Shown here in pieces: positions 43,250-56,487 of a DNA stretch of 64,000 bases. The DNA comes from Eledone cirrhosa (taxonomy: Eukaryota), in contig OZ024743.1 of the NCBI GenBank assembly GCA_964016885.1, forward strand, positions 267,654,001-267,718,000, in the 5' to 3' direction. Positions within the stretch are counted from its first letter, which is position 1, and the number at the start of each line of letters is the position of its first letter. Made by a program: the position numbers and the translations under genes. The notes under the pieces were generated by a model. The model was given only the letters and a program-made list of their open reading frames with translations. It did no database searches and was not told the origin of the DNA.

Positions 43250-43590
43250 AAGGCCTTGCACTCAACATATCCCACTCTCTGAGCATCGAAACACTTCCCA
43301 AAAAAGAGGACTGGTCAACATCAACGGATGTTTCCGAAGCCGTAGTTTTGGGCTTTTTTTTCCAGAGTTTCCCTCTCCTAGAAGGGTGTTGTGACAACTG
43401 GGGGCCTTTCACTCAAGGGTGAAAAGAAAAAGTACTATTTGGATGGCTGTTGACTCTTCTGAGTTTCTCCACCCTTCGCCGAGTCTTGCATTTCATCCCA
43501 CAGGGTGTCCAAATATCACCCTTCCCACCAAGCAAGCTTGGTGGGGTTGCCGGTTTAGTCACCGACGTGAGACAGGTTGTAACTGGGTTA
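43250..43590 (-). mobile_element. Probable RTE-type LINE 5' UTR fragment
   Basis: Minus strand ctaggagagggaaactctgg and gactaaaccggcaaccccaccaag resemble recalled RTE 5' UTR motifs; not verified by search. Confidence 0.4.
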
Positions 43591-43595
43591 CATAT

Positions 43596-43655
<60 letters not shown>

Positions 43656-43656
43656 A

Positions 43657-44550
43657 TACAATATATAGCGGGGAAAGACACAGAAGAGTGTGTTTTTCTT
43701 TACAGGAATTTTAAACCACCAGCGTGAAGAGAATATAAGCTAATGGAGGCATAGGCAAAACATTAAAATTAAAAGTATAATTTAAAATGAGAAACCAACC
43801 TTATACCTAAGTTACACATGTACAAATTCACGAGGAGAATGTTTCGCCATTTAAGTGGGTTCCAATTCGGCCCTGTGGGTCATCAGCACGTGGAAGGCTA
43901 ATATTGTCCGCACTACTAGAGAGAACGAAAGTAAACTACCTTTCGCACGTGCAGATATAAGTTAAATGCGTGCGCGAGGCAGTAACCGGTGTCATGAACA
44001 GAACAAGCTGCTAGAGATGGCAGCCTATACTATTCAATTTATGGTGCTCAACAGCAGAGAGGGCGCAAGGAGCAAATATCAAGTAAAATAACGGAGCAAA
44101 GGACTCGCGTATAATCCTGTAATTTAATGAGCTCAAATGAAAGAATTTTCCTGGGCACCTTAAAATACAATATATAGAGGGGAAAGACACAGAAGAGTCT
44201 GGTTTTCTTTTCCTAGGAATTTCAAACGTCCACCGTTTAGAGAATATAAGTTAATAGAGGCATAAGAAAAACATTAAAATTAAAAGTATAAATTAAAATG
44301 AGAAACCAACATCATATCTAAGTCACACATGTACAAACTCACCAGGAGAATGTTTCGCCATTTAAGTGGATTCCAATTCGGTCCTGTGGGTCATCAGCAC
44401 GTGGAAGGCCGATATTGTCCGCACTACTAGAGAGAACTAAAGTAAACTACCTTTCGCACGTGTAGACATAAGGGAATGCGTGCGCATTCCTTTGAGCTCA
44501 TTAAATTACAGGATTATACGCGAGACCTTTGCTCCGTTATTTTACTTGAT
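43657..44550 (-). mobile_element. Tandem ~511-bp repeat (about 1.6 units) with one HHR per unit (retrozyme-like) and an inverted terminal piece
   Basis: 43657-43975 is repeated at 44167-44485; HHRs at 43829-43892 and 44340-44403 (cacgtg-CTGATGA-ccca...tggc-GAAACattc-TC); 44492-44550 is an inverted copy of 44075-44136. Confidence 0.72.
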
Positions 44551-44567
44551 ATATATATATATATATA

Positions 44568-44892
44568 TACGATATTAAATAAATGGAAATTATATTTATA
44601 AAACCATATTTATTTCATTATATATATTTCAGGGATATCATATTAAAAATATGTTATGCCTTCTTCAGACAAAATACAATATAAACAGTCTTATAAATAG
44701 ATAGATTCGACATACCTTTTCAAATGCAAGTCGAAGTTGAAAAGGTATGTCGAATCTATCTATTTATAAGACTGTTTATATTGTATTTTGTCTGAAGAAG
44801 GCATAACATATTTTTAATATGATATCCCTGAAATATATATAATGAAATAAATATGGTTTTATAAATATAATTTCCATTTATTTAATATCGTA
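44568..44892. mobile_element. Apparently perfect 156-bp-arm fold-back element with an HHR in each arm
   Basis: 44568-44723 is the reverse complement of 44737-44892 with a 13-nt loop; at 44786-44847 ttttgt-CTGAAGA-agg...cct-GAAA-tatata-TA-atgaaa. Confidence 0.8.
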
Positions 44893-44978
44893 AATATACT
44901 CCAAATACTTGTTGAGTGCTTTTAAATCAGTTATAAATATTTACTCGTTGTAACCCAACAATTTAAATATAACTTTCC

Positions 44979-45010
<32 letters not shown>

Positions 45011-45682
45011 GTGTGTGTGTGTGTGTCTGTGTGTGTGTGCAAATAGTTGTATATTCATTGTACATCGTCAGAGATTTGTGTGCCTTCTATATTTATAATA
45101 TTTTGTTTCTAATATTTAGTTGCTGTTATTTTGTTTTTTGTATTCCGCGTAATGTGTGATTGTGGAGCAGTGGATATTATTAGGGGTGGATAGAAGAATT
45201 TGCCTCCGACTAAGACCTTAGCAACTTCTTCAAGTAACTGAAGAGGAAATTTGCGGGTGGAGATAGAAGTTTTCCTTTCTAGGATATTTTCTACAAATTG
45301 AGTCAGATCTGAATATAGATTAAATGCATTTGGTGATTAAGAATAACCTTAGACTTTGTGAGATGTTTTGCACCGAATTATATTGGAAAAAATACTTAAC
45401 ATGAAGCAAATTAATCTTAGAAACTGAAGTGAAAATACAAACATGCCACATATCAACATGTGCCTATTTGTACAAATACACTCAAATATCTATGTATGAA
45501 ATCAAACATTCATACTTCCATATAAAATCACTATTATCTCGTTTCCGAAATGGGTCTAATCGTAATTCTTTTATAAATTCTGTTAATCCTTTTTTCCGAA
45601 TTCATGAACAGAGTCTCCTTACATTTTTTCTTTTCTTTTCTTTTTTTTTTGTTTGTGGTAGTTTGTGGTCTGCTTTATTGTC

Positions 45683-45748
45683 TTCCATATTGGTGCCTTC
45701 CATATTGGTGCCTTCCATATTGGTGCCATATTGGTGCCTTCCATATTG
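45683..45748. repeat. 15-bp minisatellite (TTCCATATTGGTGCC), about 4 copies
   Basis: Directly visible tandem copies. Confidence 0.9.
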
Positions 45749-46344
45749 AAAAAAGCCAATATGTTTTGCTGATAGTGTAATAAATAATGAATAACAAGAA
45801 ATATTTTCATCTTATGTGTCCAGTCAAACGAAAATGACGTTCATACATACACATAACAACATACTGATTGAGATTTAGAGCATCAGATGTTTTCTTATAG
45901 ACATGCCACATTGCGAATTTTGCACACGAAGAGTTGATCGAAAATTCAAGTTTTCTTACAACGTTTGTGCTTATCCGCCATGACTCACAATACCGTTGAT
46001 TGGTCGTGGATGTTATAAAGGTTTGTTTTCCTAGATAAAATCCTCGAGACGCGATTATGTGGCGATTGCATAATAACCTTCTTTTCTTCCACAATCGATC
46101 GAAAATCTACAAGACAACCCTTCATTCAGTGCATGTTTGCAGTATATTCTTTAAATAACTTCAAATACTGGACTGTGATCACGAAAGAGATCTCGCCTTT
46201 ATATCGTTTATTAAACACCCTAAAGGCGAAATCTCTTTCGTGATCAGGTTTGTACCTATTTTCACGAATCGCTAAATTAGCGCGTTAGCGAGCAATTTAC
46301 AAAAGTACTTTACTCTAATACATATGACGGGTTTATATATTACG

Positions 46345-46419
<75 letters not shown>

Positions 46420-47087
46420 ATGTGTGTGTGTATACAAATGCACACGCTCATATACATGTATATATTGTGAGATGGATGGATATAGAGATAAATGTAGGTA
46501 TATTTAATTAACCAAAATATGTCATGACGATAGGAAAAATGGTGCCGGATGACTTGGGATGTTAGATGTACTAATGAAGAATTAATGATAGATAATTTAA
46601 TACACCAAGATTACAGGAAGTGACATACAAATCTACCAATGACATATATCGATTATACAGTAAAAAATCATGACTGGAATTTTGTTTAAAGCGAGATTAG
46701 GGAAATTCTGAAGATAATGAATATATCAAGGTATGAACTGATAAAATTGATAGTAAGCATATAATTAAATGGGAAAATACAATTAAGCTACTCTAGTAGC
46801 TCAGAATTATTTAGGGCTAGTTGTATACACATTAAGTTTAATAGTGTGTCTATTTTATATTTTTGTGATGTATTTAATGACTCTAACAGGTGGGATAAGC
46901 ATCGTATGTGCAGACTAGTTAAAATGCTTTGCAGAATTCGTTGCCCTCTACTCACAAATCCTGCAGAAGTTTACTTGTTTTCAGCATTTCGAGGTGAATA
47001 AAAACGTGCCAGTCGAGTACGTGATACTTCTATCTCTCTTTCTCACATTCACTAACTTTCGACCCTCTTTTTTATCCATTTTCTCTC

Positions 47088-47163
<76 letters not shown>

Positions 47164-47460
47164 AACTCTTTCTCTCTCTTCTTTTCTGGAAGGAAACGGC
47201 TGTTCATATCTGGTGAGATCATGGGACCTCCCATGTTTAAAAATATACCCAAAGCATGATGTATGTCACTACAGCAGAACTACATTTTCCGGGGAGGTAC
47301 TTGTCCATACATAAAATAAGTGGTATAGTAGTAGAGTCGGTAGGGATTGAGATAGAATATTTTGTGGTGTTCCAGCTACCTGCGCTCAAATCCCACCGAC
47401 GCCAACTTTTTGCCTTTTTGCCTTTCATGTTGTTAACAAAGTACCAGCCAAGTAGTGTAA

Positions 47461-47491
<31 letters not shown>

Positions 47492-47859
47492 CTTCTTCTC
47501 AAATTTTGTACTAGTTTAAAGATATCCATGGCACACCCAGTTTATAATGACGTTCCTCTTATATCTGCATTAGTAGTTAAGAGATCACTGAGATGTTGCC
47601 GCTATCAATGTTACAAAGGAAGGCAATGGTGGTGTAAAACAATGTTCCTACAGATAAGGTCTTACAAAAGACATTGCGGAAGAATTGAGGATTTTTATGA
47701 GTGGATATATAATAATGGAACCTGATTAGATAGTGTAATGCTATAGATTATAACTTACCAGCGTTAAATTGTCATTAAACTGATAGATAAAAAATAGTGG
47801 AGGCACTTGGTTATAACAGTAATTGGTAAGATAAAATAGATTATCAGGAAGAAATTTAA

Positions 47860-48130
47860 AAGATTACAAAAATAGTTCTTAATCTAAGCTAAATAGTAAC
47901 ATTAAAACTGTAATCATTAACACATGGTTCGTATCTGTCTTGAGATATTGTTATTTGTTAAAACGAAAGAAAGAAAATCTTTGTTAAGAGATGGAATTTC
48001 AAAACAAAATCGCCATATGTGGATTATTAAACTTCGAAGTGATGTTAATAGAAACTATATACCTCGTAAAACGAAGGGGGAGAAACAATTAGCTTTGAAG
48101 GATTTATATAGAGCGTAGAACATAGTATAT
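47860..48130 (+). pseudogene. Highly degraded R4/Dong-like RT-thumb fragment
   Basis: SKLNSNIKTVIINTWFVSVLRY and RSDVNRNYIPRK resemble the SKLN..N...AINTWAV..LRY and SDVDRLY.PR motifs. Confidence 0.55.
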
Positions 48131-48496
48131 CACAGTACGTGACTAACAATGCTTAATCTCCGTTTAAAGAGATTAGGAAATCTAGAATAGTTATAAAGGA
48201 AGAATTTATGGTGCCAGGTGTATTCACGACGAGATACCTTTTTATAAAAGAAAAGTGAATTTAGTGGGCACAGATTTCAGTGAAAAGAAAAAAGTAGAGA
48301 AGGCTTAATGTCGGAACATAAATATCTACTGTGATAATATTTGTTATATTTATTGTTCACATCATTGTTTCTTGGATTGTCTATGTTTGTTGTGGTTCTG
48401 TTGCTCACGCCATCTTTTATTAAAAATTGGAAATTACTATTTACGTAACCATCTCAATGTTAATAAAATAGGCGTTTAAGTAATATTCTCTGATTA

Positions 48497-48552
<56 letters not shown>

Positions 48553-48568
48553 CGCCGCCGCCGCCACC

Positions 48569-48658
<90 letters not shown>

Positions 48659-50455
48659 GCTACTACTACAGGAGGCGATATTTTAATGTAAATTAAAGAA
48701 TTGCAGATGATATTCGACCAGAGTACTATTTTCAAATTAAATTGTTTTGTATCTGAAATGGTGCAAAATTAAGAATAACAGAGAAAAATATTTAGCTTAA
48801 AGGAAAACTGGGGGAAAGGAAGCTTCTACATGAGTAATAGCCGAAAAAACTGAAAGTACACGCCTGTAGCTTAGAAACACAAACATAATGTATAAAATTG
48901 GATGTTGTTGATCATGGCCAACCATTGAGAATGACGGGAAAGCCGATTAGATCGACTCCAGTTCTTTGCGGGTACTCTACTATATCAAGGAAAGGGTGAA
49001 AAGCCACAAAGCATTTTTTCCAGACGCTTTTCCGATACTGCAAATCCACCACCAACTGAGGCATGGGGAATAATGATAACAATAGATGCAATCATGACCA
49101 TTTGATCAAGATGTTCGAGCTCCGTACCTATACTCTGAATTCAAATTTGCATTTGATTCATACGATTGACTAGGCTGAAGGCTGTAGATGAGTTTATATA
49201 TTTTTGTATGTGTGTAGTGCAGTAAAATACTAATGTACCAGAGGGGGACTCCGCATAGATAAATGATATGGTGACCTTCCATAGCTTTATAAGGACTAGG
49301 ATTTGTTTTCATTTGTCTTTCCATGCAGAAACATCGTCATAAAGCAAAAGAGAAAAAAATCATGAAACATCAACAGAAATGATAAAACAAAATAAATTAT
49401 ATGTAGAATTATAATAATGAGCTTTTCTGATATGGTTTTAATTAATGGGAAAGGTATAATCGATTAAATACACTCCTGTGCTTAACTGGTACACTATTTT
49501 GTCGACCCTAGAATGAAGAAAAATGTATGTTGCCTTCTGAAGCATTTGAACTCAGAACTCATCCGTAACTAAATATTGTGAGATTATTTCTTTGGTCACT
49601 CCACACTTCCTACACGATCAACAGCACACATATATCCGTAATAAGTGAGAATGATAAAAGTAATAATTACATAAACTAAGATACACATAAGATAATAAAA
49701 ATAGGAGAAGAATAAAGAAAAGAAAGGAAATAGCATGACAAACTTATATGAAATCTTTGGAAAACCGACATCGATGGGGAGATATCATATGAATGCCATA
49801 TTCAATAGATTGTATCGAGTAAGAAGTTGGAACAATGAGAGTTACTGAAAGAGAAAAGTTCTGCTATATAAATGTTGTGTCTGTCTGCTAAGTCTTATGA
49901 TTAAAGATATTCTATTCTAGGAATGATTCTACATAATAACGTTGGATGGCGAACAGATCAGATTAAACCGGAAGCAATGAATGGTGCTTCTTTGAAAAAC
50001 CTTCCATTTCGATATATATATATATAAGTGTCTATGTGTGTGTGTGTGTATGTATATGGGTGTGTGTGTGTGTGTATGTATATATATATATATATATATA
50101 TAAAAGTCAGACACACACACGTACACACACACACGCACGTATACAGGCACACGCATGCACACAGTCACATAATAATAAGCGCCCATTTTTCTTTCGAGCC
50201 TTCGATTCGAAGCACCAAAAGCATTCACTGCGAACGAAACGAAGGAACGATCTTCCTTTATATATTTTTATATATATATTTCTTTCTTTCTTAAGTCTTT
50301 TTTTTCTTTCTTTTTTTCTTTCATCCAATAGGAAGATTGGACTGGAGGTCACTTAATCAACGATAGAGGTCCGCTGTTCGTTAACTGTTTCGATGGATTA
50401 GAAATAGGAAAAGAGTTTCTGATAAATAACAAAAACAGCAACAACAACAACAACA

Positions 50456-50507
<52 letters not shown>

Positions 50508-50942
50508 GAAAAACAAAACAGCTACCACAGTAACAAGAAAACACTAAGAAAATGAAAACGGTAGAAACGAGTGTATGTACAAAAATAAAATAACAAAAGA
50601 ACAAAAGAAAAACAGCATACAAAACCCCAAACTTCACAATACATTCTCTTCACGTCTTGTTGGTATAGATTGCCGATTGTTTGTTCCTTGCGATTCTGTC
50701 TGGAATGTATTGTATGAAATAATGCTGTTGCTATTATTATTACTTTTATTGGTGTTTAACTTGGTACCCCTCACAATTTTTTCTTCTGTAAAAGCTTTGT
50801 TCATGTTGTTGTATACTTCAACCTTTATTTGACTATTATTATTTTTTTTCATATTTATATGTTTCTTTGTCATACTCACGCGCAATCATGTGATGTGCAA
50901 ATATCTCTCTCTCTCTCTATATATATATACATATATATATAT

Positions 50943-51039
<97 letters not shown>

Positions 51040-51172
51040 TGTGTGTGTGTATGAGTGTATATGTGTGTGGGTGTGTGTGCGTGCGTGTGTGTATGTGTGT
51101 GTCTTATTTATATATTTAAATACAAATGTAAATAAATATATATATGCGTATGTATAAATACTATATACTATA

Positions 51173-51275
<103 letters not shown>

Positions 51276-51286
51276 GCGTGTGTGTC

Positions 51287-51334
51287 TGTCTGATGACCCC
51301 GTGATAAAGAGGCAAAACTCAACTCAGAGTGACA
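51287..51334 (+). ncRNA. Degenerate hammerhead motif between (TG)n and (TA)n
   Basis: tgt-CTGATGA-cccc...gaggc-AAAAC-tc-aactca-ga-GTG-aca; two core changes (GAAA>AAAA, NUH>GUG), likely inactive. Confidence 0.5.
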
Positions 51335-52146
51335 AGACTCACCATTTCTCGTTATATATATATATATATAAATATACACACAAAAGTACGCATGTATAAA
51401 GTATTAGACGAAAATTCCATACAGAAACAAATGTACTCGTAACTCGTCAGGAACCTGGAGGCATGCAATAACATGCATTAAGGTGGGATTGCGCATGCAA
51501 TGCTAGTTTCCACAACAGATTGAAAATACGTTTTTTTGATTAGATAGATACACATAAGAACAAATCACAATAAAGAATGTGCAGGATATTTTACGGGTGT
51601 CTTTGGATAAAAACGGATTTCAATACATAAAAATACTAAGACTAGATATATAAACAGCAACCTTGTCACTGAATAAATGCGAGAAACATGGTAAATTGTG
51701 CAATAAGTTAATGCAAGAAAGAAGGAAAAATTTTGACTTTCGTGAAATATATTTGGCGGGGCTTCGTACACATCGCTGCTAAACTACTGAATCAAAAGGA
51801 TGGGAAAAGATCGATGAGTCGAAAATTACAAGAGATTAAAATATATTGAGAGGAACGTTGAGAGAATGCACGAGGTGGAAAGAGAATGGGGCTGATAGGG
51901 CAGAAACAGGAAAGAAAGAAATTGAGGCTTGTTCCTGGACATGGCTGTGTAAAGAAAAGTGTTACATTTAAATACATATAAATGCATGAAAACCCAGGAA
52001 TACCTTTTCTCGCATCCTGAACGCGACTGAGATAGTTGTGACATGAACACTGTTATTTCTTAAACATATCGTATATTTCATACACACACCAATAACAAAA
52101 AATGTTATATTTGTGAAACTTATTTACATATATACATATGCAGAAA

Positions 52147-52202
<56 letters not shown>

Positions 52203-52258
52203 ATAATAATACATTTGAAGACTAAAATCCAAAGAGGGCTCGATAAGGATAAATATAT

Positions 52259-52301
<43 letters not shown>

Positions 52302-52312
<11 letters not shown>

Positions 52313-53130
52313 TCAGTGTATACTGATTAATGTTCAAAGCCATCCTCAGCATTCTCGTGTAGAACCCATCCACCATCCGAGTGAGTTTCTTGGTCAGTGT
52401 CAAACTCTCAGACCCGTACAGCAGCACAGAATCCACTACAGCAATGAAGAGGCAGATTTTCAGGTCTTGACGAAGGTCCGACTTCCACACCGATCTCAAG
52501 CTGTGGCACGCCGCCCAGGCTTTGCTCTTCATCTCAAGCACATCATCTTCCGTATACCCTATCTTTGCTCCCAAATACAGCAAGTCCTCAACCAATTCTA
52601 GCGGCTTCCCGCCTACATTAGTGATTCCCTCTGGCTTCTCAACATTCTCTACCAGATATTTTGTTTTAGTCTCATTCATTCTCAGCCCCACACTCATCGA
52701 CACAGTCTCAACCTCCTGCATCAAATCTTCTGCCTCCTTCACTGTATTTGTCACCAAAATTATGTCGTCGGCAAATTCAGCATCCGACTTCTTTTTCGCC
52801 TCATCTCTCCTGCTCTGAGGATGAAAAACTCAGAGCTGTATGGGAGCCCCCCCAAAAGTTAGCTCAAAAGTGACACAGAGGAGATTGAGGTTAGCTGGAC
52901 ATGCTCACCGACATCCAGAGTTGACATTGCACTCAGTGCTCCTGTGGGAGCCCCTACATGGACACACTGGAAGAGGAAGACCAAGGTTAACGTATGTTGA
53001 TGCCCTAAGGACAGACACTGGTCTGTTGGAGACGCATGACATGGCAGCGATAATGAGGGACAGAGAACGCTGGAGAGAACTCGTCCATGGATCTCAGGAA
53101 TTTTACGCGCACTAGATAGATATATATGCC
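52302..53130. mobile_element. 5'-truncated, 5'-inverted RTE-clade LINE with 11-bp TSD
   Basis: Minus 52311-52814: ADD...GLRMNETKT...YLGA...VLLYGSE...MLRMALNI; plus 52815-53115: NSELYG...RRLRLAGH...RGRPRLTY; TSD ATATATATGCC at 52302-52312 and 53120-53130. Confidence 0.88.
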
Positions 53131-53681
53131 ATATTGTTTTCACTGTGGTGTTTAGAAATCTGGAAGAAATCGTAAATGTTACCTCAATGGAATTTCATAT
53201 TCGATCTATATATATACCATCATTATTTGTATTGTTACCCTGTTTAATCCTGCTAGTTCATTAACCCTGTATTTGAAAATATTCTAATTTTATATTGTTA
53301 TTAGAAATATTAGAATTAATACAAACTATTTTCAGAACCATTAAACGGCTTTAAGTTTACAGATAATATAAAATACATACTTTCATTTGAAATTGCATTT
53401 TCTGCGAGAAATTCTTTTCTTGGAATTATGTAAATGTCTAGGCATATTAATGTGAATGTACATTAAGAGAGAACATGTTTGGAACCTATATTGTCTTTAT
53501 ACAACTGAAAGCTTTTCTAACTTTTAAATAGTTAATTATTCATTTTCTGTTTATGCTTCCGACATCTAGACATAATCCATCTATGATATTCTCCTGACAT
53601 ACCTTAACGTTGGTAACATATATATGGACGGAGTTGAACACACATCATTTAGTTCACTGAGCAATATATATATATATATAT

Positions 53682-53820
53682 AATGAAGGAAATGTGGTAA
53701 GGAACCAGAAGGACCATAACGCACCAAAGCACTCAATACTTAAGGTAGTAGAGTGGGTGATAGGAACAAGTATGACCCCGACGGCAGAGCTCAAGCCGTT
53801 TGGACGGGGTCATACTTGTT

Positions 53821-53825
<5 letters not shown>
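53682..53825. mobile_element. Short family B fold-back element in (TA)n
   Basis: Same terminus as 846; 21-bp perfect arms at 53760-53780 and 53805-53825. Confidence 0.75.
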
Positions 53826-53876
<51 letters not shown>

Positions 53877-54354
53877 TGTGTGTGTGTATATGTGTGTGTC
53901 TTTGTGTGTGTTTGTTTGTGTGTGCGTGTGTGTGTTTGCGTGTGTGTAGAGAGAGTGAGAGAGATAGAGAGATAGAGAGAGAGAGAAAGATAAAATGTGA
54001 GATGTGCTTAGCTAGATAGATAGGTACACACAGGCATATACATATATATATATATTAGATCTCATTAACACTTCCCCAGACACACACCTAAATTCTTAAT
54101 CTATACACCAAACACTTTGCAACTTTAGATCAGATTGACAATCGCCACCGACGAATGCGAGAAAGTTCTCCAGAAAGTTAACGAGGTTTTCAGAAAAAAA
54201 ATTTTCCAGAGAATTTAACCAAGGACTTACTAGATATACATAGCAAAATTATATAATTATAAAGTTGTAAAACTATGAAATGAAATTGTTATAGAATACC
54301 AACGACATGTGAAGTCATTCTTTTACTTTTTTCAAATACATATTTGTATGCATA

Positions 54355-54396
<42 letters not shown>

Positions 54397-54406
54397 ACTA
54401 TCTATC

Positions 54407-54511
<105 letters not shown>

Positions 54512-54701
54512 GTATGGGTTATATCGAACATTAGAAGCTGCACTGTTCAGCACTGGCTTTGAGGAACAACCAATATGTTTCTGGATCATCACGCCTCATC
54601 GGGACTGTATACCTCTCTGACCATGTGTTGAACGGTTGAAAATATATAGTATATATCGGGTGAGTAGCCTCATTTGCATACATTTTCAATACGGCAAGAT
54701 A

Positions 54702-54755
54702 TCGGACTGATAAGCTGCGGAATTAATCCCACAGCGACGAAACTCGCGTATTCGA
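54702..54755 (+). ncRNA. Hammerhead ribozyme motif (CTGATAA core variant)
   Basis: tcgga-CTGATAA-gctg...cagc-gac-GAAAC-tcgc-GTA-ttcga. Confidence 0.6.
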
Positions 54756-55987
54756 CATGAAAATGTGTATTTAATCGAATGTTGTATATTAAAACACATC
54801 CCTCGAAATGATCGCACAACCAACTTTCGGTGTAAATGTTCGACGACATTCGCTACACTATATATGTATACATATCAATGAATTATATATAACGAATAAT
54901 ATAAATGCTTTTTATGCAACTGATTATATCATCGAATTCGCTCTGAACTTTTTTGTACGTAAACTGCAGCCTTAAAATATTATAGATTATCTTATATATG
55001 AAATGTACACCGCTTAGTGTATAAGCCAAACCTGTCTTAATTCCTTTCATACATCTTTCTTCATTTGAGTGTAGTTTGCTAAGATATGTGTATATGTTTT
55101 TATTTTCTCATCTATATTTATTTATTTAACTCAGTATTCGTGGTGGTTTTATTAATATATTTTTCTTCTTGGCTGACTGAATGCGTGTTCGCTAACGAAA
55201 TTTAATGACAACTTCCCTACCGTGTCCGTGCCTCTTACGTTACGGAGTTTCATTTGGTTGTAATCTGCATCGGCACAGCTTGAACATGACTAAGATTCAC
55301 GAAGAAAAAGATTTATCAAGGCACTCTGCATTTGTGTTACTAACTTCCTGTAGTAAAATTTACAGTTTTTGTTTTCGCATTCCACACCTTCTCCCGTCTA
55401 TTTCCATATCTCTAGATTTGAAAAGTTTTTCAAGCTCAGTCAGTAACAGGTTATTTTTCTGTTCTGTAATTTTATAAAAAGTATATATATGTCATATTTT
55501 TATAGCATAACTGTGGTTTTCCATGCCTTAGTATATCATATCATATGCGTTTATTTCCTGAAGAATCATGCCATTACTCTTTGTTTGAACAAATATAGCG
55601 TATATGTTATGAAGTTTCTGGTGTGTTGACCTCTCGTCTGTTACTATATTCACCAAGGGGAGTTAGTTAAATTTTGTGATATACTTATGTTACGTGTAAC
55701 TATTCACAAATTTGTATTTATACTGTCGCTTTATCTACTAGAATGTAAAGCTAAACACCCCTTAATAATATAGAGTACAGAAATATTAGAAAATAATGTA
55801 CGTCTAAACAGACGAGATAGACACGCCTGGAATATTTTCAATTATACGTATATTGATTAAGGCTGGAAAGGAAATATATCTCTTTCCCTCTTCAAAAGCA
55901 TAACAAATAGACTGACTAAAATAACGCCTTACGCCGGCTTTCTCCCGCAGTGAGACTTAAAAGTTGCATCGAAATAGTTCTCCATCG

Positions 55988-56038
<51 letters not shown>

Positions 56039-56150
56039 CAAACACATACGCATATATATTTATATATATCTATATATATATCTATATAGAAAGATTTGAA
56101 TGGATACAGTTTAGTTGAAAGGAATTTATTGACACGTGTTTCTATAACAG

Positions 56151-56182
<32 letters not shown>

Positions 56183-56190
<8 letters not shown>

Positions 56191-56487
56191 ATACTTGGGG
56201 AGGGTCATATTTGCGTAATATTGCCAGAATTAATAACAGAACACACTCACTGTTTGGTTGGTTTTCGCTTCTCGCTGTCTTTTATTATATCTGCGATCTA
56301 ACTTACTCGGTCCTCAATGTTGCCATTGACTGACCGGCGGTCAATGGCAACATTGAGGACCGAGTAAGTTAGATCGCAGATATAATAAAAGACAGCGAGA
56401 AGCGAAAACCAACCAAACAGTGAGTGTGTTCTGTTATTAATTCTGGCAATATTACGCAAATATGAGCCTCCCCAAGTATAACAATAT
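56183..56487. mobile_element. Near-perfect 148-bp-arm fold-back element with a family D-like terminus
   Basis: 56183-56330 is the reverse complement of 56340-56487 (one mismatch seen); terminus TATTGTTATACTTGGGGAGGGTCAT resembles 33600 and 63627. Confidence 0.8.

Noticed and set aside
45683-45748. CRISPR-like array
   Set aside because: Contiguous tandem repeats without spacers, in a eukaryotic context with no cas genes.
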